Assembly (NCBI GenBank): GCA_038087875.1
Contig: CM075993.1
Span: forward strand, 6,512,001-6,576,000
Direction of reading: 5' to 3'
From: Malacoraja senta
Lineage: Eukaryota
DNA: 64,000 bases
How positions within the stretch are numbered: position 1 is the first letter of the stretch; every line of letters begins with the position of its first letter. The notes beneath the pieces were generated by a model. The model saw only the letters and a program-made list of their open reading frames with translations, searched no databases and was not told the DNA's origin. The position numbers were made by a program, and so were the translations under genes. Shown in pieces: positions 39,401-51,400 of this stretch.

Positions 39401-42400
39401 TGCTAATGCTCCTTCGTCAATGGACTCCTATTGCAGCTCTGTCCTTGGCCGAAATTACCATGAAGGTAGTCATGCTCATGGCACTGGTTTCAGCACAGAG
39501 AGTGCAAACATTGCAGAAACTTTGAATAGATAGGATGAAAATAGCAGCAGATGCCATTACATTCTATGTCTATGATTTGCTTAAACAAAGTAGACCTGGA
39601 CTCACAGGATGTTTTTTTCAGCATATGTTGTTTTTTTCAGCATATCCTACGGATCCACGTCTATGTGTAGTATCACATTTACGATGTTACATTGAAGCCA
39701 CCAGAACCTTAAGAGGTGCAGAATCAGCATTCTTTATCTGCCATAAAAAAACGCATAAGAAAGTGTCGGTACAGACTATTTCAAGATGGCTGAAGCAGGT
39801 GTTGGTTGATGCAGGTATAGATACTGATAAATTTAAATCTCATTCCACCAGGGCGGCATCAACATCGGCAGCCAAGGATTTGGATGTCCCAATAGACCTT
39901 ATCCTCGCGGCCGCAGGATGGGAAAGTGAACGGATGTTTCACAAGTATTACCATAAGGAGATTACAGATCCTGGGTTATTTGGTGGTGCTGTTTTGGATT
40001 CAGTATTAAGTCCCCCCTTGTGATAAAGGGGTTACTATTGTTGTGATAAATAAACCATTAACTGATTGCATCTATGTTGTAGTTATGCATTGTTGATTGC
40101 TTTACTCATTTAGAGTCAATCAATGCAGTGAGACGCCTGGATTTGAATCTACAGCATGAAATCACAGAGCTTTAAAATCTTCATGTAGTCACTCACGTGA
40201 CTCCGAAGTAAAATAGTAAGATTAAACGAGAACTTACCAGTTTGAAGTTTGATCTTTATTTTATGAGGAGTTACGATGAGGGACTACGTGCCCTCCCACC
40301 CCTCATAAAGGTCAAGCTGGTAGTTCTAGTCCTGACGTATCTTACTATCATACTTCAGTAATTATCATCTGTGATTTCACATCGATGCTTTGAAGATTGA
40401 CGCGTGTGCGGCTGGACGGGCTCTTCTTCACGTAATCCCTCATCGTAACCCCTCATAAAATAAAGATTAAACTTCAAACTGGTAAGTTCTCGTTTAATCT
40501 TACTATTATAGTCCAGTTAGCCTGACATCAGTGGTGGGGAAGATGCTGGAGTCAATTATACAAGATGAAATAGTGGCACATTTGGATAGCAGTAACAGGA
40601 TCGGTCTGAGTCAGCATGGATTTACGAAGGGAAATCATGCTGGACTAATCTTTGGATTTTTTTTGAGGATGTAACTAGGAAAATGGACAAGGGAGAGCCA
40701 GTGGATGTAGTGTACCTGGACTTTCATAAAGCATTTGATAAAGTCCCACATAGGAGATAAGTGGGCAAAATTAGAGCACGTGGTATTGTGGGTGGAGTGC
40801 TGACAATTGGTTGGCAGACAGGAAACAAAGAGTAGGGATTAACGGGTCCCTTTCAGAATGGCAGGCAGTGAGTAGTGGGGTACCACAAGGCTCAGTGCTG
40901 GGACCACTGTTATTTACAATATACATCAATGATTTAGATGAAGGGATTCAAAGTAACATTAGCAAATTTGCAGATGACACAAAGCTGGGTGGCAAAGTGA
41001 ACTGTGAAGAGGATGCTACACTCTGGAGTTTAGAAGGATGAGAGGGAATCTTATTGAAACATATATTGAAACATATAAGATTGTTAAGGGTTTGGACACG
41101 CTAGAGGCAGGAAACATGTTCCCGATGTTGGGGGAGTCCAGAACCAGGACCCACAGTTTAAGACAAAGCCATTTAGAATGGAGACGAGGAAACACTTTTT
41201 CTCACAGAGAGTTGCGAGTCTGTGGAGGCCTCGTGAACTTAGGCTGCACTCCCTCAATAGGGTGGGAGATTACAACCTTCACGTGGTCCGCCCTGTTTCG
41301 ACAAATGCAATCAACCTGGTGTGCACAATCAAATAAGATCTAATAGAACAAGTTGTCCTACAAATTTAGGCTGTGCACGCCATACGCAAGAAGAAGAAGA
41401 CTCCCTCAATAGCAAGAATGTCCTTCCTCAAATTAGGAGACCAAAACTGCACAGTACTCCAGGTGTGGACTCACCAGGGCCCTGTACAACTGCAGAAGGA
41501 CCTCTTTGCTCCTATACCCAAATCCTCTCATTATGAAGGCCAACATGCCATTAGCTTTCTTCACTGCCTGCTGTACCTGTATGCTTACTTTCAGTGACTG
41601 ATGTACAAGGACACCCAGGTCTCGTTGCACTTCCTCTTTTCCTAATCTGACACCATTCAGATAATAATCTGCCATCTTGTTCTTGCCACCAAAGTGGATA
41701 ACCTCACATTTATCCACATTATACTGCATCTGCCCACTCACCCAACCTATCCAAGTCACCCTGCATCCTCATAGCATCCTCTTCACAGTTCACACTGCCA
41801 CCCAGCTTTGTGTCATCTGCAAATTTGCCAATGTTACTTTTAATTCCTTCATCTAAATCATTAATATATATTGTGAATAGCTGCGGTCCCAGCACCGAGC
41901 CTTGCGGCACCCCACTAGTCACCACCTGCCATTCTGAAAGGGAACTGTTAATTCTTACTCTTTGTTTCCTGTCTGCCAACCAACTTTCTTTCCATGTCAA
42001 TACCCTACCCCCAATACCATGTGCTCTAATTTTGCCCACTAATCTCCTGTGTGGGATCTTGTCAAAGGCTTTCTGAAAATCCAGGTACACTACATCCACT
42101 GGCTCTCCCTTATACATTTTACTTGTCACAGTAAACTCCATGAATTTTTTGTTTTAACACATAGAAGGGTGGCCCAATGGTGCTTGTCTGTACAGAGTTT
42201 GTACGTTCTCCCCGTGACCACGTGGGTTTTCTCCGGGAGCTCTGGTTTCCTCACACATTCCAAAGACATGCAGGTTTGTAGGTTAATTGGCTTGGCATGA
42301 TTGTAAATTGTCCCTAGTGTGTGTATGATAGTGTATGTGCGTGGATCGCTGGTTGGCGTGGACTCAGTGGGCCATAGGGCTTGTTTCCGCGCTGTATCTC

Positions 42401-45400
42401 TAAACTAAACAAAACTAAAATTGATTCCTTCATTCTTTCATGCATTATGGTCTCTCGTTTGTAGCAAGATAAACAGGTCAGGTCACGCGGTGAAGAGTTT
42501 GGGGGAGGGGGGAGGATGCGTGCTGGAGGAGAGTGGGGATTGGAACTTCACGCTTACCGTTCATCCACCTGGTATCAGTTTTTAGCTGCTTGATGTCGTC
42601 GTTCTCCCTGTAGCCACTGAATGCCAGCTTGTCCCCATCAAGAGGGGCCGCAGAGTAGATCCTCTGGTCTGTAGTGCAAGATTAAAGCACACACACACTC
42701 AGTAGACCGCCCCTGGAACTGACGTAATGTTAATTGAAGTTGCAAAGGTACTTACCAACAACTAAAGAAGCAAAGCCTTGTCGTGGAGGACTGGGGAGAA
42801 TCTGTTGTTTCAAAACACGGTTCTGTTCATTGATAAATTCCTTCAACTCATTTTTAAACTGTAAAAGAGAGTAGTTTGCTGGTTTTACCATTTAAATTTG
42901 ATGGCCTTGCCTCTTTTCATTGACCAATAGACTCTGTGAGACGGCAACACTTTGAGTGCTCAGGTCTCGACCCGAAATGTCACCCATTCCTTCTCTCCAG
43001 AGATACTGCCTGACCCATTGAGTTACCCCAGCATTTTGAGTCTATCTTCCTTTCTACACATTTCGAATGCTCGTTTAGTTTAATTTAGAGACACAGCGCG
43101 GAAACAAGCTCTTCGTCCCACCATGTCCCCGTTGACCAGCGATCCCCGCACACTAATATTATCCTACACGCACTAGAGCGGATTTACAATTATACCGAAG
43201 CCAATTAATCTACAAACCAGCTCGTCTTTGGAGGGTGGGAGGAAACCGGAGCTCCAGGAGAAAACCCACCCAGGTTACGGGGAGAACGTACAAACTCTGT
43301 ACAGACAACACCCATAGTCAGAATCAAACCTGTGTCTCTGGCGCTGTAAGGCAGCAACTCTAACGCTGCGCCACTATGCCACCCTAAAATGCATATGGCG
43401 GGCATAGACTCAATGGGTCAAATGGCCTTTTTCCAATGTGCAACCTTTGTAAAAGTAATGTTGTTGGGTTAACTCCTCATCTTTAAACAGTGGCCAGGAC
43501 AGTAAATATTTAAGAAAGAACTGCAGATGCTGGAAAAATCGAAGGTAAACAAAAATGTTGGAGAAACTCAGTGGGTGAGGCAGCATCTGTGGAGCGAAGT
43601 AAATAGGTGACGTTTCGGGTCGAGACCCTTCTTCAGACTCAGGACAGTAAATGGTGAGTATGCTTGATCTCGGTTTGAAGATTTACTGTAACTGGGTTTC
43701 CTGTCTTCAAACAAAGCGTTCTCAGCAACAGTGCAGTCTCTGCGTTAAGTGAGAAATGAAATTAAATTGAATCTTGAAACTTGAAATACTCTTCCTGACA
43801 ATTTGGCTCCTTCCTTGGAAATGTGGTCAGACATTTCAGAGACTACGTCAATAGTGTATATCCGTTCAAATTGTTGCAAACAGGGTTAATATTGCACCCA
43901 GCTGGAGGAACTCAGCTGGTCAGGCAGCATCTGTGGAGGGAACAGACTGACGATGTTTCGGGTCGGGACACTTCTTCAGACTGAAGTAGTTCTTCAGAAC
44001 ATTGACGAAGTTCTCCCCCTCAGTCTGAAAAAGGGTCCCGAACCAAAACATCACCAGCCCATTCCCTCCACAGATGCTGCCTGACTCGCTGAGTTCATAA
44101 GTTCATGAGTAATAGGAGCAGAATTAGGCCACTCGGCTCATCAAGTCTACTCCGCCGTTCAATCATGGCTGATCTATCTCTCCCTCCTAACCCCATTCTC
44201 CTGCCTTCTCCCCATAACCCCTGAAACCCGTACTAATCAATAATCTATCAATCTCTGCCTTAAAAATAGCCATTGACTTGGCCTCCACAGCCTTCTGTGG
44301 CAATGAATCCCACAGATTCACCAAATTGGCTAAAGAAATTCCTGCTCATCTCATTCCTAAAGGAACGTCCTATAATTCTGAGACAATGGCCTCTAATCCT
44401 AGACTCTGCCACCAGTGGAGACATCCTCTCCACATCCACACTATCCAGGCCTTTCATTATGCCTCCAGCGCTTTGAGTTTTATCTCAGGATTTCAGCGTC
44501 TGCAGCATCTTGGTAATATTGCCACCATCTTGTTTCCATCTGCCTCCCCCAAACTTTAAGGTGTAAAGCATGATTCATATAAAGATGTTGCAGAATTAGT
44601 CCACAGTTACTTACCAACAGCCAGCATCGTGAGGTGGGCGAGCCAGTTGCACACACTAGGTGGTGACTTGTATTGAACCTCTGCAGGACCATGATATAAT
44701 TCCCACAGGAATCCTGGAATATAAAGGATATGATCAGTAACAGAGGCAAAACAATTGGTTCCTTTTGCATGCTGATATGGATCCAAGGAGAAGGTTTAAT
44801 GAGAAATACCCATTCAAGAAAACAGCTCCATTGGGAAGGGAAGGAGAGGTGGGGGCAGGACAAAGCCAAGCAAGTTGAGATTAGTCGTGTTAGATAGTTG
44901 AGTTAGTCAAGAGTTAGTTAGATTTAGCTCTTAGGGCTAAGGGAATCAGGGGATATGGGGAGAAAGCAGGAACGGGATATTGATTTTGGATGATCAGCCA
45001 CGATCATATTGAATGGCCTACTCCTACACCTATTTTCTATGGTTCTATGTTCTCTGTTGCTATGAGTTTAGTTTAGTTGAGTTTAGTTGAGTTTAGTTTA
45101 TTGTCACGTGTACAGTGAAAAGCTTTAGTTGCGGCTAACCAGTCAGCGGGAGACAATACATGATTACAATCGAGCCATTTACAGTGTACAGATACATGAT
45201 AAAGGGAATAGCGTGAATAACATTTAGTGCAAGATAAAGTCCAGTAAAGTCCGATGAAAGATAGTCCAAGGGTCTCCAATGAGGTAGATGGTAGCTCAGT
45301 AGCCCGAGTGATGGGTGGATACAGATGACTGGTAGATGGGTGAAGTGACAAAGGCTGGAGGTGAAAGGAGACAAAAGGGTGTCGGAAAGGGAGAGGAGGA

Positions 45401-48400
45401 GTGAAATGCTTTGGTTTGGTTCCAAGGAGAAAGTTTAATGACAAATACCCATTCATGAGAACAGTGAGAGAGGGATGGCATAAATACGTGGTGCCGGGAT
45501 CATCTTTGAGCCTTGTGCCAGGATATTGATTCCCCAGTGTCTAAACAAATGGACGGACTCTGAGCGATTCTGGAGCAGAAACTCACCGAGTTTTGCCCTT
45601 GACATTTCCCAGCAACATCGGACAGGCGGATCTATAAGGTGAAGAGACAGGAAAAATGATCACTACAGGACAATCCTCATTAATACAACACCGGGGCATC
45701 ATGGTGGCGCAGCGGTAGAGTTGCTGCCTTACAGTGCCTGCAGCGTCGGAGACCAGGGTTCGATCCTGACTGCGGGTACTGTCTGTACGGAGTTTGTACG
45801 TTCTCCCTGTGACCTGCGTGGGTTTTCTCTGAGATCTTCGGTTTCCTCCCACACTCCAAAGATGTACAGGCCTGTAGGTTAATTGGCTTGTTATAAATGT
45901 AAACAATTGTCCCTAGTGTGTGTGGGAGGAAACTCACAGGGAGAACGTGCAAACTCCACACAGACAGCATCCGAGGTCAGGATCGAACCCGAGTCTCTGG
46001 TGCTGAGACAGCTCAACAGAAAGTTACCAATAAGTTGTAAAATAGTGGGACTGACAGCATCTCTGGAGAGGAGGAATGGGTGACGTTTCGGGACGAGACC
46101 CTTCGTCAGACCCGAAACGTCACCCATTCCTTCTCTCCAGAGATGCTGCCTGTCCCGCTGAGTTACTCCAGCATTTTGTGTCTATCTTTGGTGTAAACCA
46201 GCAACTGCAGTTCCTTCCTACACAATAGCTAGGGTCATGCCTTGAGTATTAAGTAAGAATTGGAGAAACAGGGAAGATAAAAGCTTAGAACGTAAACAGC
46301 TTAACTTAAACTGGCAGCCAAGAGAAACATGCACTTCCAATCATAGCTTAAGGATAGGGAGTTTTTTTACAAAAAAAGGAGCGAACAGATTTTAGATTCG
46401 GCTTTGTTCTGATGTCAACATCTGCAGGAGTCAACAGTCACCCCAAGGACATCTATTTTCTGTCAATTATTGAATGCTGCGTCATCTAGCTCTTATGCCT
46501 TTGATTCAAATAATTTAGTTGGGAGAGAAAATGCTAATACTGTTTGAAGAATAACTCTGCCCACCCTTATCTTAGAATGTACATTGGTGCAAGTTCCTTT
46601 CTCTGAAACGCATTGTTCCCAAATCTTGTTCATGTCTGAAAACACAGTGGTCCGTGAACATAACACTTCCAAAAGCACTGATTATTAAACCAACCAAATA
46701 GCCAATATTTTGAATTAACAAAGGCACAAAGTGCTGGAGTAACTCAGCGGGTCAGGCAGCATCTCTGGAGAAATTACATTTCGGGTCGGGACCCTTCTTC
46801 AGACATTTCTTCAAGTTGCTGTCTGACCCACTGAGTCACTTTGTGTCTTTTTTTGCAAGCCAACATCTGCAGTACCTTGTTTCTACCGCCAATATTTTGA
46901 TTCAAGACCAAGCACGGTGGCGCAGCGGTAGAGTTGCTGCCTTGCAGCGAAAGCAGCGCCAGAGACCTGGGTTCGATCCTGACTACGGGTGCTGTCTGTA
47001 CGGAGTTTGTACGTTCTCCCCGTGACCTGCGTGGATTTTCTCCGAGATCTTCCGTTTCCTCCCACACTCCAAAGACGTACAGGTTTGTATGTTAATTGGC
47101 TTGGTATAAATGTAAATTGTGCCTAGTGTGTGTAGGATATTGTTAATGTGGTTGGTTGGTACAGACTCAGTGGGCCGAAGGGCCTGTTTCCGCCCTGTAT
47201 CTCCAAACTAAACTGAACTAAACTAAAAAGGCACAAACTGCGGGAGTAACTGAGCGGGTCAAGCAGCATCTCTGAAGATGTGACCTTTTGGGTCGGGACC
47301 CTTCTTCAGACTCTTCTTCGAGGTGCTGCCTGACCCACTGAGTCAACTCAGCACTGTGTCTTTATTTTTTGTTAGCCAACATCTGCAGCACCTTCTTTTC
47401 ACAGCCAATATTTTGACTCAAGACCAACTGAAATTAATTGAAACCAAGTGAAAGGAATGTCAGCGGATTCACAACAACCCTATACGTTTATGAGCCAAAC
47501 ATAAAGTGTTGGAGGAACCCAGCGGGTCAGGCAGCATCTGGGGAGGGAATGGACAGGCGACGTTTCAGGTTCGGACCCTTCTTCTGACTGATTGAAGTAA
47601 GGGGGATGAAAGGTGGAAAAGAGAGGTGGGGGCAGGACAAAGCTTGGCAAGTTGAGTTTAGTGGAGTTTAGTTTATTATCATGTGTACCGAGGTACAGTG
47701 AAGAGCTTTTGTTGCGGCTAACCAGTCAGCGGGGAGACAATACACGATTACAATCGAGCCATTTACAGTGTACAGATATATGATAAAGGGAATAGCGTGA
47801 ATGACATTTAGTGCAAGATAAAGTCCATTCGAGTTCGAACAAAGATAGTCTGAGGGTCTCCAATGAGGTAGATGGTAGCTCAGTAGCCCAAGTGATAGGT
47901 GGATACAGATGAGGGGGCTGACTGGCAGCTGGGTGAAGTGACAAAGGCTGGAGGTGAAAAGAGGGCAAAAGGGTGTCGGAAAGGGAGAGGAGGAGTGAAA
48001 TGCAAAGCTGGCGGGAGGAATGTGGGTTGAAAGGGATGGAGGAAGGGGAAGGAGGACTGGTAGAAAGGACACAAAGTGCTGGAGTAACTCAGCGGGTCAG
48101 GCAGCATCTCTGGAGCAGATGCAGAAACTAGGAACTGTAGATGCAAGATTCCAAGATGGCGCCCAGCCCAGGTGACTATTTGTGTGCTCGCCACAGAAGC
48201 AGATCTACAAACTCATATTGCAATCGCTCCACACTCTTAAATCTCTACTTCTTACTTTAACTGTGATCATTACACATTATTCCCTTATCATGTATCTATA
48301 CACGGTAAATGGATCGATTGTAATCATGTATTGTCTTTCTGCTGACTGGTTAGCACGCAACAAAAGATTTCACTGTACCTCGGTACACGTGACAATAAGC

Positions 48401-51400
48401 TAAACTGAACTGAACTGAACTGGTTAACACAAAAGGACACAAAGTGCTGGAGTAACTCAGCGGGTCAGGCAGCATCTCTAGAAGACATGGACAGGTGACT
48501 TTTCGGGTCGAGACCCTTCTTCAGACTGATTGTAGAGTGGGGGGAGGGGGGGAAGAAAGCTAGAAGAGGGGAGAGGTGTATCCATGTTCTCCAGAGATAC
48601 TGCCTGACCTGTTGAGTTACTCCAGTACTTTGAGTCCCTCCGGAGAACATGGATAGGTTGGAACTCTTCTTCAGACAGGAAGCTGGGGAGGGATGGGGAC
48701 AAGTCACAGGTGAGTACAGGTGAGGGGAATTTGATTTAAATCTGTATCCACCCATCACTTGTGTTGGAAGGAACTGCAGATGGTAGTTTAAATCGAAGAA
48801 AGACACAAAATGCTGGAGTAACTCAGCGGGACAGGCAGCATGTCCGGAGAGAATGGGTGGCCCATCCCTTCTCTCCAGAGATGCTGCCTGACCCGCTGAG
48901 TTACTCCAGCACTCCAGTGTGTTTTTGCTCAAGATTTCTGCATCTGCAGTCCCTTGAGCCTCCAAGCCAATGGTTTAGTTTGATGGCCTCTCAATAACCT
49001 GAAACGTTAGCCCCTGATCCGAGCTGTGCGAGAAGGGGAAGAGCAGCACGGTGGCGCAGCGCCAGAGCCCCGGGTCCCCGGTTCAATCCTGACTGCCTGT
49101 GCTGTCTGTACGGAGTTTGTACGTTCTCCCTGGATTTTCTCCGAGATCTTCGGTTTACTCCCACACTCCAAAGGCCTACAAGTTTGTGACTGATGTGACA
49201 CATAATAAGCCCTTCAAAGCAGCTCTGCCATTCAATAAGATCATGGCCTTGTCCTCCTCCTCTCCATTTTAATTATTCTAATCTTCAGGATTCGACCGCT
49301 GACAACATCCCAATCTAAATCAGCGCTTCCTTATCTTACGCTGGCCGTTTACTCAGAATTGACGGCCCGTGTTTTGAAATATACTATTTTTTAACATCGT
49401 TTGAAGGAAGAAAATCCCGCTACCATCACATTCATGGTAAAACTCTATTTTAGTTTATTGCATCAAGGACAACTGTTTTTGATGATGTGTTTTGTGGCTT
49501 TCTTTGGTCTGTTTTAGTCGGCATGGAGATGCTCGGACTTGGGGAGGGTTGAATCCCGGTGAAAGGAATTCTGGCAAGACTGGCACGCCATCCACCGGGG
49601 ATCCGGGAACCTGCCGGAGAGGGAAGCCACGGAGACGGGGATGGAGGGAGATGGCAGCGGATGTTGGATACAGGGCCTGGTACTGGTGGCACGGTGGCAC
49701 AGTGGTAGAGTATGGCCGACAGATGGCGCAATGGGCTAAGTGTTCGGCTGGCAACCGGAAGGTAGCCAGTTCGAATCCCGCTTGGAGTGCATACTGTCGT
49801 TGTGTCCTTGGGCAAGACACTTCACCCACCTTTGCCTGCGTGTGAATGTGTGTGGATGTGTGTGAATGTGTGTGAGTGATTAGTGGTGGTCGGAGGGGCC
49901 GTAGGCGCAAATTAGCAGCCACGCTTCCGTCAGTGTGCCCCAGGGCAGCTGTGGCTACAGAAGTAGCTTACCACCACCGAGTGTGACTGAGGAGTGAATG
50001 AATAATGCGATGTAAAGCGCCTTGAGTATTAGAAAGGCGCTATATAAATATAATCCATTATTATTATTATTAGAGTTGCTGCCTTACAGTGCCGGAGACC
50101 CGGGTTCGATCCTGACTACGGGTGCCGTCTGTATGAAGTTTGTACGTGTAGGAAGGAACTGCAGATTTAAATCAAAAATAGACACAAAATGCTGGAGTAA
50201 CGCAGCGGGACAGGCAGCATCTCTGGCGAGAAGGAATGGGTGACGTTTCGGATCGAGACCCTGCTTCAGACTGAGCTGATCTCGATCCGACCCGGTGTTT
50301 CCGCGCTGTATCTCTGAACTAAACGACACTCTAGAAACTGCTTTCTGCCCGAATCATCGATTTTCAGGAGATTTTTTTGATACCGACATCAACATTTCAG
50401 AAGTTGAACCAAATACTAGTTGTGTTTAAAATGTGCAGGGTGACAATGCAGAACTCTATCAAGTCAAGTCAAGTCAATTTAATTTCTATAGCACATTTAA
50501 AAACAACTCTCGTTGACCAAAGTGCTTTACATCAGTGCTTTACAAAATGCTTTCTATAGACTATCAAGCCTGAATCATACATCCAGCCCCCTTCCTCTCT
50601 GCAATGTGGCTGAAGCCGTTATGATGTGGTTTGCTCTTGCCACACAACAAATATTTTATTTATTTTTTGATGAATCAGAATTTATTTCACTAATTTGAGG
50701 AAGGACATTCTTGCTATTGAGGGAGTGCACTGTAGGATCACCAGTTTAATTCCAGGGATGGCGGGACTGCCATATGTTGATAGAATGGAGTGGCTGGACT
50801 TGTATACTCTGGAATTTAGAAGGATGAGAGGGTATCTTATTGAAACATAAGATTATTAAGGGTTTAGACAATAGGTACAGGAGTAGGTCATTCGGCCCTT
50901 CGAGCCAGCAATGCCATTCACTGTGATCATGGCTTATCATCCACAATTAGTACCCTGTTCCTGCCTTCTCCCCATATCCCTTGACTCTGCTATCTTTAAG
51001 AGCTCTATCCAACTCTCTCTTGAAAGCATCCAGAGAATTGGCCTCCACTGCCTTCCGAGGCAGAGAATTCCACAGATTCACATCTCTCTGGGGAAACTAG
51101 AGGTATAAAAAGGATCAGCACAAATCAGAGCCGAATTGGTTCTGAAGCTGAATGACCAAGGAAAGGTGGAGCCCACAATGGTCCATTGTTGGCTGTGGGA
51201 GAGGTGATAATGAAAGGATATATGGATGCAAAGAGTGGAACTAGCAGGATGACCAGGGTGGGGAAGGGGTAGAGAGAGGGAATGAAGGGGTTACTTAAAA
51301 TGTTGAGAAACCTCAATCACACCACTGGGTTGTAAGTTGGCCAAGCGGCTTCGATTTGCCGTCAATTTGCCTGACCCACTGAGTTATTCCAGCAATTTGT

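Larger units (their letters stand above)
31935..40507 (+). mobile_element. DIRS1-like tyrosine-recombinase retrotransposon, structurally complete, with nested L2 and L1
   Basis: Left ITR (about 31938-31997) is inverted at about 40399-40435. Internal complementary region 40179-40290 matches both termini. gag-like, RT (YLDD), RNase H, methylase-like and YR coding regions are present. ATT is shared at both ends. Confidence 0.93.
31505..41225 (+). mobile_element. CR1 LINE fragment that is the host of the DIRS insertion (31505-31937 and 40508-41225)
   Basis: CR1 ORF2 sequence GGGAATT|ATAGTCCAGTTAGCC rejoins across the DIRS. Confidence 0.85.

Noticed and set aside
46912..46995. tRNA genes (A/B boxes) here and at many other sites
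   Set aside because: They are SINE heads followed by V-domain and LINE tails; no cloverleaf or terminator.
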